Notes under the pieces: generated by a model
Database searches by the model: none
What the model was told of the DNA's origin: nothing
Seen by the model: the letters and a program-made list of their open reading frames with translations, nothing else
Origin: the human T2T-CHM13v2.0 reference genome, Homo sapiens
Assembly (NCBI RefSeq): GCF_009914755.1
Contig: NC_060930.1
Direction: 5' to 3' (one strand)
Length of the DNA stretch: 64,000 nt
Shown here: piece after piece, positions 12,101-24,300 of the stretch
How positions within the stretch are numbered: the first letter of the stretch is position 1
How the letters are laid out: each line of letters begins with the position of its first letter
Position numbers and translations under genes: made by a program

Positions 12101-15100
12101 TGTGTGTGTTCAACTCACAGATTTGAACCTTCCTTTCGATAGAGCAGTTTTGAAACACTCTTTTCGTAGAATTTCCAAGTGGATATTTAGATCGCTTTGG
12201 GGCCTGTGGTAGAAAAGGAAATGCCTTCATAGAAAAACTAGACAGAATCATTCTCAGAAACTACTTTGTGATGTGTGCGTTCAACCACAGAGTTTAACCT
12301 TTCTTTTGATAGAACAGTTTTGAAACACTCTACTTGTAGAATTTGCATGTGTATATTTAAAGCACTTTGAGACCTATGATAGAAAAGGAAATATCTTCAC
12401 ATAAAAACTAGACAGAAGCATTCTCAGAAACTAATTTGTGATGTTTGCATTCAACTCACAGAGTTGAACATTCCTCTTGATAGAGCAGTTTTGAAACCCA
12501 CTTTTTGTAGGATCTGCAAGTGGATATTTGGATCTCTTTGAGGCCTTCCTTGGAAACGGTATTTCTTCATATAAAACTAGACAGAAGAATTATCAGACAC
12601 TTCTTTGTGATGTGTGCATTCAACTCACAGATTTGAAACTTCCTTTCGATAGAGCACTTTTGAAACACTTTTTTTGTAGAATTTCCAAGTGAATATTTAG
12701 AGTGCTTTGAGGACTATTGTGAAAAAGGGAATATCTTCATAGAGAAACTAGACAGAATCATTCTCAGAAACTACCTTGTGATGTGTGCTTTCAATTAACA
12801 GTGTTTAACCTTTCTTTGATAGAGCAGTTTTGTAACACTCTTTTTGTAGAATCTGCAAGTGTATATTTGGACCTCTTTGAGGCCTTCATTGGAAATGGGT
12901 ATTTCTTCACATATAAACTACACAGAAGAATTCTCAGAAATTTTAGTGATATGTGCATTCAACTCACAGAGTTGAACCTTCCTTTCGATAGACCAGTTTT
13001 GAGACGCTCTTTTTGTAGCATTTCAATGTGAATAATTAGAAAGCTTGAACACCAACAGTAGAAAAGGAAATATCTTCATTTAAAAACTACACAAAATCAT
13101 TCTCAGAACTACTTTGTGATGTATGCGTTCAACACACAGAGTTTAACCTTTGTTTTGATAGAGCAGTTTTGAAACACTCTTTTTGTAGAATTTGCAAGAC
13201 GATATTTAGAGCGCTTGGAAGCCTATGGTAGAAAAGGAAATATCTTCATAGAAAAATCAGAAAGAATCATTCTCAAAAACTAATTTGTGATGTGTGCTTT
13301 CAACTCACATATTTTAACCTTTCTTTCGATAGAGCAGCTTTGAAACACTCTTTTTCTAGAATTTCCATATGAATATTTAGAGCGCTTGGAGGCCTATGGT
13401 AGAAAAGGAAATATCTTCACATAAAAACTAGACAGAATCATTATCAGAAACTACTTTTTGATGTGTGCATTCAACTCACAGTGTTTAACCTTTCTTTGAT
13501 AAAGCAGTACAGAAACACTCTTTTGGTAGTATTTACAAGTGTATATTTAGAGCGCTTTGAGGTAAATGATAGAAAAGGAAATATCTTCACATAAAAACTA
13601 GAGAGAAACTTTCTCAAAAACTACTCTGTGATGTTTGCATTCAACACACAGAGTTGAACATTTCTCTTGATAGAGCAGTTTGGAAACACTCTTTTTGTAG
13701 AATCTGCAAGTGGATATTTGGTCCTATTTGAGGCCTTCGTTGGAAATGGGAATTTCTTTGCATATAAACTAGACAGAAGAATTCTCAGAAATTTTTGTGA
13801 TATGTGCATTCAACTCAGAATTGAACCTTCCTTTTGATAGACCAGTTTTGAAACACTGTTTTTGTAGAATATCGAAGTGAATATTTAGTGCTAGAAGTGG
13901 TAGAAATGGAAATATCTTCTTAAAAAAACTAGACAGGATCATTCTCAGAAACTACTTTGTTATGTGTGCATTCAACTCACAGAGTTTAACCTTTCTTTTG
14001 AGAGAGCAGTTTTGAAACACACTTTTAGTAGAATTTGCAAGTGTATATTTAGTGGGCTTTGAGGACAATGGTAGAAAAGGAAATATCTTCACATAAAAAC
14101 TAGACAGAAGAATTCTCAGAAACTACTTTGTGATGCTTGCTTTCAACTTACAGAGTTCAACATTCCTTTTGAAAGAGCAGTTTTGAAACACTCTTTTTGT
14201 AGTATCTGCAAGTGTATATTTGGAATTCTTTGAGGTCTTTTTCGGAAACAGGAAATTATTCACAAAAACTAGACAGAAGAATTCTCAGAAACTTTTTGTG
14301 ATGTGTGAATTCAACTCAGAGTTGAAACTTTCTTTTCATAGAGCAGTTTTGAAACACTCTTTTTGTAGAATTTCCAAATGGATGTTTCGAGCGCTTTGAA
14401 GCCTATGGTAGAAAAGGAAATATCTTCGTATAAAAACTAGACAGAATCATTCTCAGAAAATACTTTGTGATATGTGCATTCAACTCACAGACTTTAACAT
14501 TTCTTTTGACAGAGCAGTTTTGAAACACTGTTTGTAAAGTCTGCAAGTGGATATTTGGAGCGTTTGAGGCCTTCTTTTGAAACGGGAGCATCTTTACATA
14601 AAAAGTAGACAGAAGTATTCTCAGAAACTTCTTTGTGATGTCTGCACTCAACTCACAGAGTTGAATATTCCTTTTGATACAGTAGTTTTGAAACACTCTT
14701 TCTGCAGAATTTACAAGTGTATATTTAGAGGGCTTTGAGGCGTATGGTAGAAAAGGAAGTATCTTCACATAGAAACTAGACTGAAGCATCCTGAGAAACT
14801 ACCTTGTGATGTTTGCATTCAACTCAGAGAGTTCAAGATTCCTTTTGTAGAGCTGTTTTGAAAAGCTCTTTCTGTAGAATTTGCGAGTGTGTGTTTAGAG
14901 GGCTTTGAGGCCTATGGTAGAAAACGAAATATCTTCACATAAAAACTAGACAGAAGCATTCTCAGAAAACTACTTTGTGATGTTTGCATTCAACTTACAG
15001 AGTTGAACATTCCTCTTGATATAACGGTTTTGAAACACTCTTTTTGTAGAATCTGCAAGTGGATATTTGGACTTCTTTGAGGCCTCCGTTGGAAACGGGA

Positions 15101-16277
15101 TTTCTTCATATAAAACTAGACAGAAGAATTCTCAGAAACTTCCTTGTGATGTGTGTATTCAACTCACAGAGTTGAACCTTCCTTTTGATAGAGCAGTTTT
15201 CAAACACTCTTTTTGTAGAATTTCCAAGTGGATATTTAGAGCGCTTTGAAGCCTATGGTAGTAAAGGAAATATCTTCCTATAAAAACTAGACAGAATAAT
15301 TCTCAGAAACTACTTTGTGATGTGTGCATTCAACTCGCAGAATTTAAGCTTTCTTTTGAGAGAGTAGTTTTGAACCACTCTGTTTGTGAAGTCTGCAAGT
15401 GGATATATGGAGCGCTTCGAGGCCTTCTTTGGAAACGGGAGTATCTTCACATAAAAAGTAGACAGAAGTATTCTCAGGAACTTCTTTGTGATGTCTGCAC
15501 TCAACTCACAGAGCTGTAACTTCCTTTTTATAGACCAGTTTTGAAACACTCTTTTTGTAGAATTTGCAAGTGGATATTTAGAGCTCTTTGGGGCCTATGG
15601 TAGAAAAGGAAATATCTTCATAAGAAAACTACACAGAAGCATTCTGTGAAACTAGTTTGTGAGGTTTGCATTCAACTCATAGGGTTAAACATTCTTTTTG
15701 ATAGAGCAGTTTTGTTACACTCTTTTTGTAGAATCTGCAAGTCTATATTTGGACCTCTTTGATGTCTTTGTTGGAAACGGGAATTTCTTGAAATAAAAAC
15801 CAGAAAGAAGAATTCGCAGAAACTTTTTTTGACGAGTGCATTCAACTCACAGAGTTGAACCTTCCTTTCGATAGGGCAGTTTGAAAACACTCTTTTTGTA
15901 AAATTTCCAAGTGAATATTTAGAGCGCTTGGAGGCCTATGGTAGAAAAGGAAATATCTTCATAGAAAAACTAGACAGAATCATTCTCAGAAACTACTTTG
16001 TGATGTCTGCGTTCAACTCACAGAGTTTAACCTTTCTTTTCATAGAGCAGTTTTGAAACACTCTGTTTGTAATATCTGCAAGTGGATATTTGGCGCACTT
16101 TAACGCCTATGGTAGAAAAGGAAATATCTTAACATAAAAACTTGACAGAAGCATTCTCAGAGACTACTTTGTGATGTTTGCATTCACTTCACAGAGTTAA
16201 ACATTCCTTTTGATACAGCAGTTTTGAAACACTCTTTTTAAAAAATCTGCAAGTGCATATTAGGACCTCTTTGAGAT

Positions 16278-16294
16278 CTTCGTTAGAAACGGGA
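16278..16294 (+). promoter_or_regulatory. CENP-B box, core intact
   Basis: CTTCGTTAGAAACGGGA matches NTTCGNNNNANNCGGGN. Confidence 0.85.
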
Positions 16295-17131
16295 ATTTCT
16301 TCACATAAAAACTAGACAAAATAATTCTCAGAAACTTTTTGTGATGTGTGCATTTAACTCTCAGAGTTGAACATTCCTTTAGATAGAGCAGTTTTGAAAC
16401 ACTCTTTTTGTAGAATTTCCAAGTGGATATTTAGAGCGCTTTGAAGCCTGTGGTAGAAAAGGAAATATCTTCACATAAAAACTAGACAGAATCATTCTCA
16501 GAAACTACTTTGTGATGTGTGCGTTCAACTCACAGAGTTAAACCTTTCTTTTGATAGAGCACTTCTGAAAAACTCTGTTTGTAAAGTCTGCAAGTTGATA
16601 ATTGGAGCGCTTTGAGGCCTTCTTTGGAAATGGGAATATCTTCCCTCTAAAAGCACATAGAAGTATTCTCAGAAACTTCTTTGTGATGTCTGCACTCCAC
16701 TGAAACAGTTGAACCTTCCTTTTGATAGAGAAGTTTTGAAACACTCTTTTTGTAGAATGTGCAAGTGGATATTTAGAGAACTTAGTGGACTATGGTAGAA
16801 AAGGAAATATCTTTATATAAAAACAAGACAGAATCATTTTCAGTAACTTTTATGTGATGTGTGTGTTCAACTCACCGAGTTTAACCTTTCTTTTGATAGA
16901 GCAGTTTTGAAACACTCTTTTTGTAGAATTTGCAATTGTATATTTACAGCGTTTTGAGGCCTGTGGTAGAAAAGTAAATATCTTCACATAAAAACTAGAT
17001 AGAAGCATTCTCAGAAACTACTTTGTGATATTTTGATTCAAATCGCAGAGTTCAACATTCCTTATGATAGAGCAGTTTTGAAACACTCTTTTTGTAAAAT
17101 CTGCAAGTGGATATTTGGACCTCTTAGGGCC

Positions 17132-17148
17132 CTTCGTTGAAAACGGGA
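17132..17148 (+). promoter_or_regulatory. CENP-B box, core intact
   Basis: CTTCGTTGAAAACGGGA matches NTTCGNNNNANNCGGGN. Confidence 0.85.
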
Positions 17149-19009
17149 ATTTCCTTACAAAAAAATTTGAACGAAGAATTCTCAGAAACATTTTGTGATG
17201 TGTGCATTGAACTCACAGAGTTAAATCTTCCTTTTGATAGAGCAGTTTTGAAACACTCTTTTACAGAATTTCCAAGTGGATATTTAGAGTGCTTTGAACC
17301 CTATGATAGAAAAGGAAATATCTTCACAGAAAAACTAGACAGAAGCATTCTCAGAAATTACTTTGTGATATCTGGACTCAACTCACAGAGTTTAACCTTT
17401 CATTTGATAGAGCAGTTTTGAAACATTCTGTTTGTAAAGGCTGCAAGTGGATATTTGGAGTGCTTAGAGGCCTTCTTTGGAAACGGGTGTATCTTCACAT
17501 AAAAAGCAGACAGAAGTATTCTCAGAAACTTCTTTGTGATGTCTGCACTCAACTCACAGAGTTGAAACTGCCTTTTGATAGAGCAGTTTTGAAACACTCT
17601 TTTTGTAGTATTTGCAAGTGGATATTTAGAGCGCTTTGAGGCCTATGGTAGAAAAGGAAATAACTTAATATAAAAACTAGACAGAATCATTCTCAGAAAC
17701 TACTATGGGATGTGTGATTTCAACTCACAGAGTTTAACCTTTCTTTTGATAGAGCAGTTTTGAAACACTCTTTTTGTAGAATTTGCAAGTGTATATTAAG
17801 ATTGCTTTGAGGTCTATTATAGAAAAGGACATATCTTCACATTAAAAACTAGATGGAAGCATTCTCAGAAACTACTTTGTGATGTTTGCATTCAACTCAC
17901 AGAGTTGAACATTCCTCTTGATATAGCAGTTCTGAAACACTCTTTTTGTAGAATCTGCAAGTGGATATTTGGACTTCTTTGAGGCCTTCGTTGGAAATGG
18001 GATTTCTTCATATAAAACTAGACGGAAGAATTCTCAGAAACTTCTTTGTGATGTGTTCATTCAACCCACAGAGTTGAACCTTCCTTTTGATAGGGCAGTT
18101 TTGAAACACTCTTTTGGTAGAATTTGCAAGTGCATATTTGGAGCGCTTTGAGGCGTTCTTTGGAAACGGGAGTATCTTCACATAAAAAGTAGACAGAAGT
18201 ATTCTCAGAAACAACTTTGTGATGTCTGCACTCAACTCACCGAGTTGAAGCTTCCTATTGATAGAGCAGTTTTGAAACACTCTTTTTGTAGAATTTGCAA
18301 GTGGATATTTAGAGCTCTTTGGGGTCTACGGTAGAAAAGGAAATATCTTCATAGAAGAACTACACAGAAGCATTCTCAGAAACTACTTTGTGATGTGTGC
18401 ATTCAACTCACAGAATTTAACTTTTCTTTTGATACAGCAGTTTTGAAACACTCTTTTTGTAGAATTTGCAGGTGTATATTTAGAGGGCTTTGAGGCCTCT
18501 GGTAGAAAAGGAAATATCTTCAAATAAAAACTAGACAGAAGCATTCTCAGAAACTTCTTTGTGATTTGTGTATTCAACTCACAGTTTTGATCCTTCCTTT
18601 TGATAGAGCAGTTTTGAAACACTCTTTTTGTAGAAACTGCAAGTGGAAATTTGGAGTGCTTTGAGGCCAACGGTGGAAACGGGAATATCTTCACATAAAA
18701 AGTAGAAAGAAGCATTCTCAGAAACTACTTTGTGATGTGTGTATTCACCTCACAGAGTTGAACCTTCCTTTTGATAGAGCAGCTTTAACACAGTCTTTTT
18801 GTAGAATCTGCCAGTGGACAGTTGGAGCGCGTTGAGGCCTTTGGTGGAAATGGGAATATCTTCACATAAAAACTAGACAGAAGCATTTTCAGAAACTTCT
18901 TTGTAATGTGTGCATTCAACTCACAGAGATGAACTTTCCTTTTGATAGAGCAGTTTTGAAAACCTTTTTTTATAGAATCTGCAAGTGGATATTTGGAGCT
19001 CTTTGAGGC

Positions 19010-19026
19010 CTTCGGTGGAAACGGGA
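19010..19026 (+). promoter_or_regulatory. CENP-B box, core intact (last one seen in window)
   Basis: CTTCGGTGGAAACGGGA matches NTTCGNNNNANNCGGGN. Confidence 0.8.
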
Positions 19027-19799
19027 ATATCTTCACCTAAAAAGTAGACAGAGGGATTCTCATCAACTTCTTTGTTATGTGTGCATTCAACTCACAGAAT
19101 TGAACCTTTCTTTTGATAGAGCAGTTTTGAAACACTCTTTTTCTAGAATCAGCAAGTGAATATTTGGAGTGCTTTGAGGCGTATGGTGGAAAAGGATATA
19201 TCTTCACATAAAAACTACACAGAAGCATTCTCTGTAACCTCTTTGTGTAGTGTGCATTCAACTCAAAGGGTTGAACCTTTCTTTTGATGGAGCAGTTTTG
19301 AAACGCTCTTTTTGCAGAATCTGCAATTGGATATTTGGAGCTCTTTGAGGCCTCTCGTTGAAAAGGAAATATCTTCACATGAAACTAGACAGAAGCATTC
19401 TCCGAAACTTCTTTGTGATGTGTGCATTCAACACACCGAGCTGAACCTTTCTTTTTATAGAGCAGTTTTGAAACACTCTTTTTGTAGAGTCTGAAAGTGG
19501 ATATTTGGAGCGCTTTGAGGCCTATAGTTGAAAAGGAAATATCTTCACATAAAAACTAGACAGGAGCATTCTCTGAAACTTCTTTCTGATGTGTGCAACT
19601 CACAGAGTTGAAACTTTCTTTTGAGAGAGCAGTTTAGTAACACTCTTTTTGTAGAATCTGCAAGTGGATATTTTGTTTCCTTTGAGGCCTTCGTTGGAAA
19701 ACAAAATATCTTCACTTAAAAACTAGACAGAAGCATTCTCAGAAACTACTTTGTGATGTGTGCATTCAACTCACAGGGTTGAAGCTTTCTTTTGATAGA

Positions 19800-21310
19800 G
19801 CAGTTTTGAAACACTCTTTTTGTAGAATCTGCAAGTGGATATGTTGTTCCCTTAGAGGCCTATCTTGGAGAACACAATATCTTCACAGAAAAACAAGGCA
19901 GAAGCATTCTCAGAAACTACTTTGTTGTATGTACATTCAACTCATAGAGTTGACCCTTTCTTTTGCTAGAGCAATTCTGGAACACTCTTTTTACAGAATC
20001 TGCAAGTGGATATTTGGTTCCCTTTGAGGCCTATTTTGGGAAATGAAATATCTTCACATAAATACTAGACAGAAGCAGTCACCAAAACTTGTTTGTGATG
20101 TGTGCATTCAACTCACGGAGTTGAACCTTTCTTTGGATAGGGCAGTTGAGAAACCCTTTTTTTGTAGAATCTGCAAGTGGACATTTGGAGCACTTTGAGG
20201 CCTGTGGTGGAAAAGGAAATATCTTCACATAGAAACTAGATTGAAGCATTCTCAGAAACTTCTTTGTGATGTGTGCATTCAACTTACAGAGTTGAACACT
20301 CCTTTTGACAGAGCAGTTATGAAACACTCTTTTTTGTAGAATCTGCAAGTCGATATTTGGAGCGCTTTGAGGCCTATGGCGGAAATGGGAATATCTTCAC
20401 ATTAAAACTAGACAGAAGCTTTCTCCAAAACTTCTTTGTGATGTGCACATTCAGCTCACAGGGTTGAAGCTTTCTTTTAATAGAGCAGTTTTGAAACACT
20501 CTTTTTGTAGAATCTGTAAGTGGATATTATGAGTGCTTTGAAGCCTATGGTGGAAAAGGGAATATCTTCACATAAAAACCAGACAGAAGCATTCTCTGAA
20601 ACTTCTTTTTGATGTGTGCAATCAACTCACAGAGTTGAACCTTTCTTTTGATAGAGCAGTTTTGAAACACTCTTTTTGTAGAATCTGCAAGTGGATATGT
20701 TGTTCCCTTAGAGGCCTGTGATGGAGAACGCAATATCTTCACAGAAAAACAAGACAGAAGCATTCTCAGAAACTTCTTCATTGTATGTACATTCAACTCA
20801 CAGAGTTGACCCTTTCTTTTGCTAGAGCAATTTTGAAACACTCTTTTTACAGAATCTGCAAGTGGATATTTTGTTCCCTTTGAGACCTATTTTGGGAAAT
20901 GAAATATCTTCACATAAATACTAGACAAAGCATTCACCGAAACTTCTTTGTGATGTGTGTATTCAACTCATAGAGTTGAACCTTTCTTTGGATAGGGCAG
21001 TTGAGAAACCCTTTTTTTGTAGAATCTGCAAGTGGACATTTGGAGCACTTTGAGGCCTGTGGTGGAAAAGGAAATATCTTCACATAGAAACTAGATTGAA
21101 GCATTCTCAGAAACTTCTTTGTGATGTGTGCATTCAACTTACAGAGTTGAACACTCCTTTTGACAGAGCAGTTATGAAACACTCTTTTTGTAGTATCTGC
21201 AAGTCGATATTTGGAGCGCTTTGAGGCCTATGGCAGAAATGGGAATATCTTCACATTAAAACTAGACAGAAGCTTTCTCCAAAACTTCTTTGTGATGTGT
21301 GCATTCAACT
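19800..21310 (+). repeat. Local duplication of ~4 monomers at ~855-bp (5-monomer) offset
   Basis: Rare variants are paired: ATGTTGTTCCCTTAGAGG 19841/20697, TTGAGAAACCCTTTTTTT 20146/21001, GTCGATATTTGG 20349/21203. ORFs 20079-20348 and 20934-21182 are near-identical. Confidence 0.9.
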
Positions 21311-24300
21311 CAGAGTTGAACCTTTCTTTTGATAGAGAAGTTTTGAAACATTCTTTTTGTAGATTCTGCAAGTGGATATTTGGAGCGCATTGAGGCCTAT
21401 GGTGGAAAAGGAAATATCTTCACATAAAAACTAGACAGAAGCATTTTCCGAAACTTCTTTGTGATGTGTGCATTGAACACACAGAGTTGAAACTTTCTTT
21501 GGACAGAGAAGTTTTGAAACCCTCTTTTTGTAGAATCTGCAAGTGGATGTTTTGTTCCCTTTGAGGCCTATGTTGGGAAATGAAATATCTTCACATAAAA
21601 ACTAGACAGAAGCACTCTCAGAAACTTCTTTGAGATGTTTGCATTCAACTCACAGAGTTGATACTTTCTTTTGAGAGAGCCATTTTGAAACACTGTTTTT
21701 GTAGAATCTGCAAGTGGATATTTGGAGCGCTTTGAGGCCTATGGTGGAAAAGCAAATATCTTCACAGAAAAACTAGACAGAAGGATTCTCTGAAACTTCT
21801 TTGTGATGTGTGCATTAAACTCACAGAGCTGAACCTTTCTTTTGATAGAGCATTTTTGAAACACTCTTTTTGTGGAATCTGCAAGTGGATATTTGGATGG
21901 CCTTGAGGCCTATGGTGAATAAGGAAATATCTTCACATAACAACTAGACAGAAGCATTCTCCATAACTACTTTGTGATGTGTGCATTCAACTCATACAGT
22001 TGAACCTTTCTTTGGATAGAGCAGTTTTGAAACACTCCTTTTGTAGCATTTGCAAGGGGATATTTGGAGGGCTTTGAGGCCTATGGTGGAAAAGCAAATA
22101 TCTTCACATAAAAATTAGACAGAAGGATTCTCAGAAATTTCTTTGAGATGTGTGCATTCATCTCACAGAGTTGAACCTTTCTTTTGAGAGAGCAGTTTTG
22201 AAACACTCTTTTTCTACAATCTGCAATTTGGTAATTGGAGCACTTTGAGACCTATGGTGGAAAAGGAAATATATTCACATAAAACCCAGACAGAAGCATT
22301 ATCCATAACTTCTTTGTGGTGTGTGCATTCAACTCACAGATTTGAACGTTTCTTTTGATTGAGCAGTTTTGGAACACTCTTTTGGTAGAATCTGCAAGTG
22401 GATATTTAGTTCCCTTTGAGGCCTATGTTGGAAAATGAAATATCTTCACATAAACACTAGACAGTAGCATTCGCAGAAACTTCTTTGTATTCTGTGCATT
22501 CAACTCACAGAGATGAAACTTTCTTTTGATAGAGTATTTTTGAAACACTCTTTTTGTAGAATCTGCAAGTGGATATTTGGATCGCTTTAAGGCCTACGGT
22601 GGAAAAGGAAATACCTTCACATAAAAACTAGACGGAAGCGTTCTCAGAAACTTCTTTGTGATGTGTGCATTGAACTCACAAAGTTGATCATTTCTTTTCA
22701 TAGAGCAGTTTTGAAACACTGTTTTCGTAGAATCTGCAAGTGGATATTGGGAGCGCTTTGAGGCCTATGTTGGAAAAAGAAATATCGTCACATAAAAACT
22801 AGACAGAAGCATTCACCATCACTTCTTTGTGTTGTGTGCATTCAAATCACAGAGTTGAACCTTTCTTTTGATAGAGCAGCTTTGAAACCCTATTTTTGTA
22901 TAATGTGCAAGTGGATATTTGGAGTGCTTTGAGGCCTATGATAGAAAAGGAAATATCTTCATATAAAAACTAGACAGAAACATTATCCGAAACTCCTTTG
23001 TGATGTGTGCAATCAACTCACAGAGTTGAACCTGTCTTTTGATTGAGCAGTTTTGAAACACTCTTTTTTGCATAATCTGCCTGTGGATATTTGTACTGCT
23101 TTGAGGCCTTTGGTGGAAAAGGAAGTATCTTTCCATAAAAACTAGAGAGAAGAATTCTCAGATTCTTCTTTGTGATGTCTGCATTCAACTCACAGATTTG
23201 AACGTTTCTTTTGACTGAGCAGTTTGGAAATACTCTTTTTGTAGTATCTGCAAATGTTTATGTGGAGCACTTTGAGGCCTGTAGCTGAAAAGGAAATGTC
23301 TTCACATAAAAACCAGAAAGAAGCATTCTGAGAAACTTCTTTGTGATGAGTGCATTCATCTCACAGAGTTGAATCTATCTTTTATTTGAGCAGTTTTGAA
23401 AAACTCTTTTTTTAGAATCTGTAAGTGAATATTTGGAGCGCCTTGGGTCTTATGGTGGGAAAGGAAATATCTTCACATAAAAACTAGACAGAGGCATTCT
23501 GAGAAGTGTCTTTGTGATGTGTGCATTCATCTCACAGAGTTGAACCACTCTTTTGACTGAGCAGTTTTGAAACACTCTTTTTGTAGAATCTGCATGTGAA
23601 TATTTGGAGCGCTTTGAGGCCTATGCTTGAAAATGAAATATCTTCACATAAAAACTAGACAGAAGCATTCTCAGAAACTTCTTTGTGAAGTGTGCATTGA
23701 ACTTACAAAGTTGATCGTTTCTTTTGATAGAGCAGTTTTGAAACACTCTTTTCGTAGAATCTGCAAGTGGATATTGGGAGCGCTTTGAGGCCTATGTTGG
23801 AAAAAGAAATGTCTTCACATAAAAACTAGACAGAAGCATTCACCGTCACTTTTTTGTGTTGTGTGCATTCAAATCACAGAGTTGAACCTTTCTTTTGATA
23901 GAGCAGCTTTGAAACCCTATTTTTGTATTATGTGCAAGTGGATATTTGGAGGGCTTTGATGCCTATGATAGAAAAGGAAATATCTTCATATAAAAACTAG
24001 ACAGAAACATTCTCAGAAACTACTTTGTGATGTTTGCATTCAACTCACGGAGTTGAACCCTTTTTTTGATAGAGCAGTTTTGAAACATTCTTTTTGTGGA
24101 ATCTGCAAGTGGTTATTTGGAGTGCTTTGAGGCCTCTGGTAGAAAAGGAAATTTCTTCATATAAAAACTAGACAGCAGCATTCTCAGAAACTACTTTGTG
24201 ATGTTTGCATTCAACTCACAGTGTTGAACATTCCTTTTGATAGAGCATTTTTGAAACACTCTTTTTGCAGAATCTGCAAGTAGATACTTGGACTGCTTTG

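Larger units (their letters stand above)
1..18550 (+). repeat. Layer 1: divergent SF1-related alpha satellite (probably archaic SF01-type divergent HOR) with mixed A-box and B-box monomers
   Basis: SF1-like diagnostics are present: GGTAGAAAAGG, TATTTAGAG, CAGAATCATTCTC, GTGCGTTCAAC, AGAGTTTAACC, GTAAAGTCTGCAAG, and GGACCTCTTTGAGGCCTTCGTTGGAAACGGGA followed by CAGAAGAATTCTC. Four recurrent monomer types are visible. The boundary is approximate and the family name is by recognition. Confidence 0.7.

Noticed and set aside
1-18550. Live (kinetochore-forming) HOR array
   Set aside because: No constant-period near-identical unit is visible, and there are many private mutations, out-of-register deletions and mostly broken CENP-B boxes.
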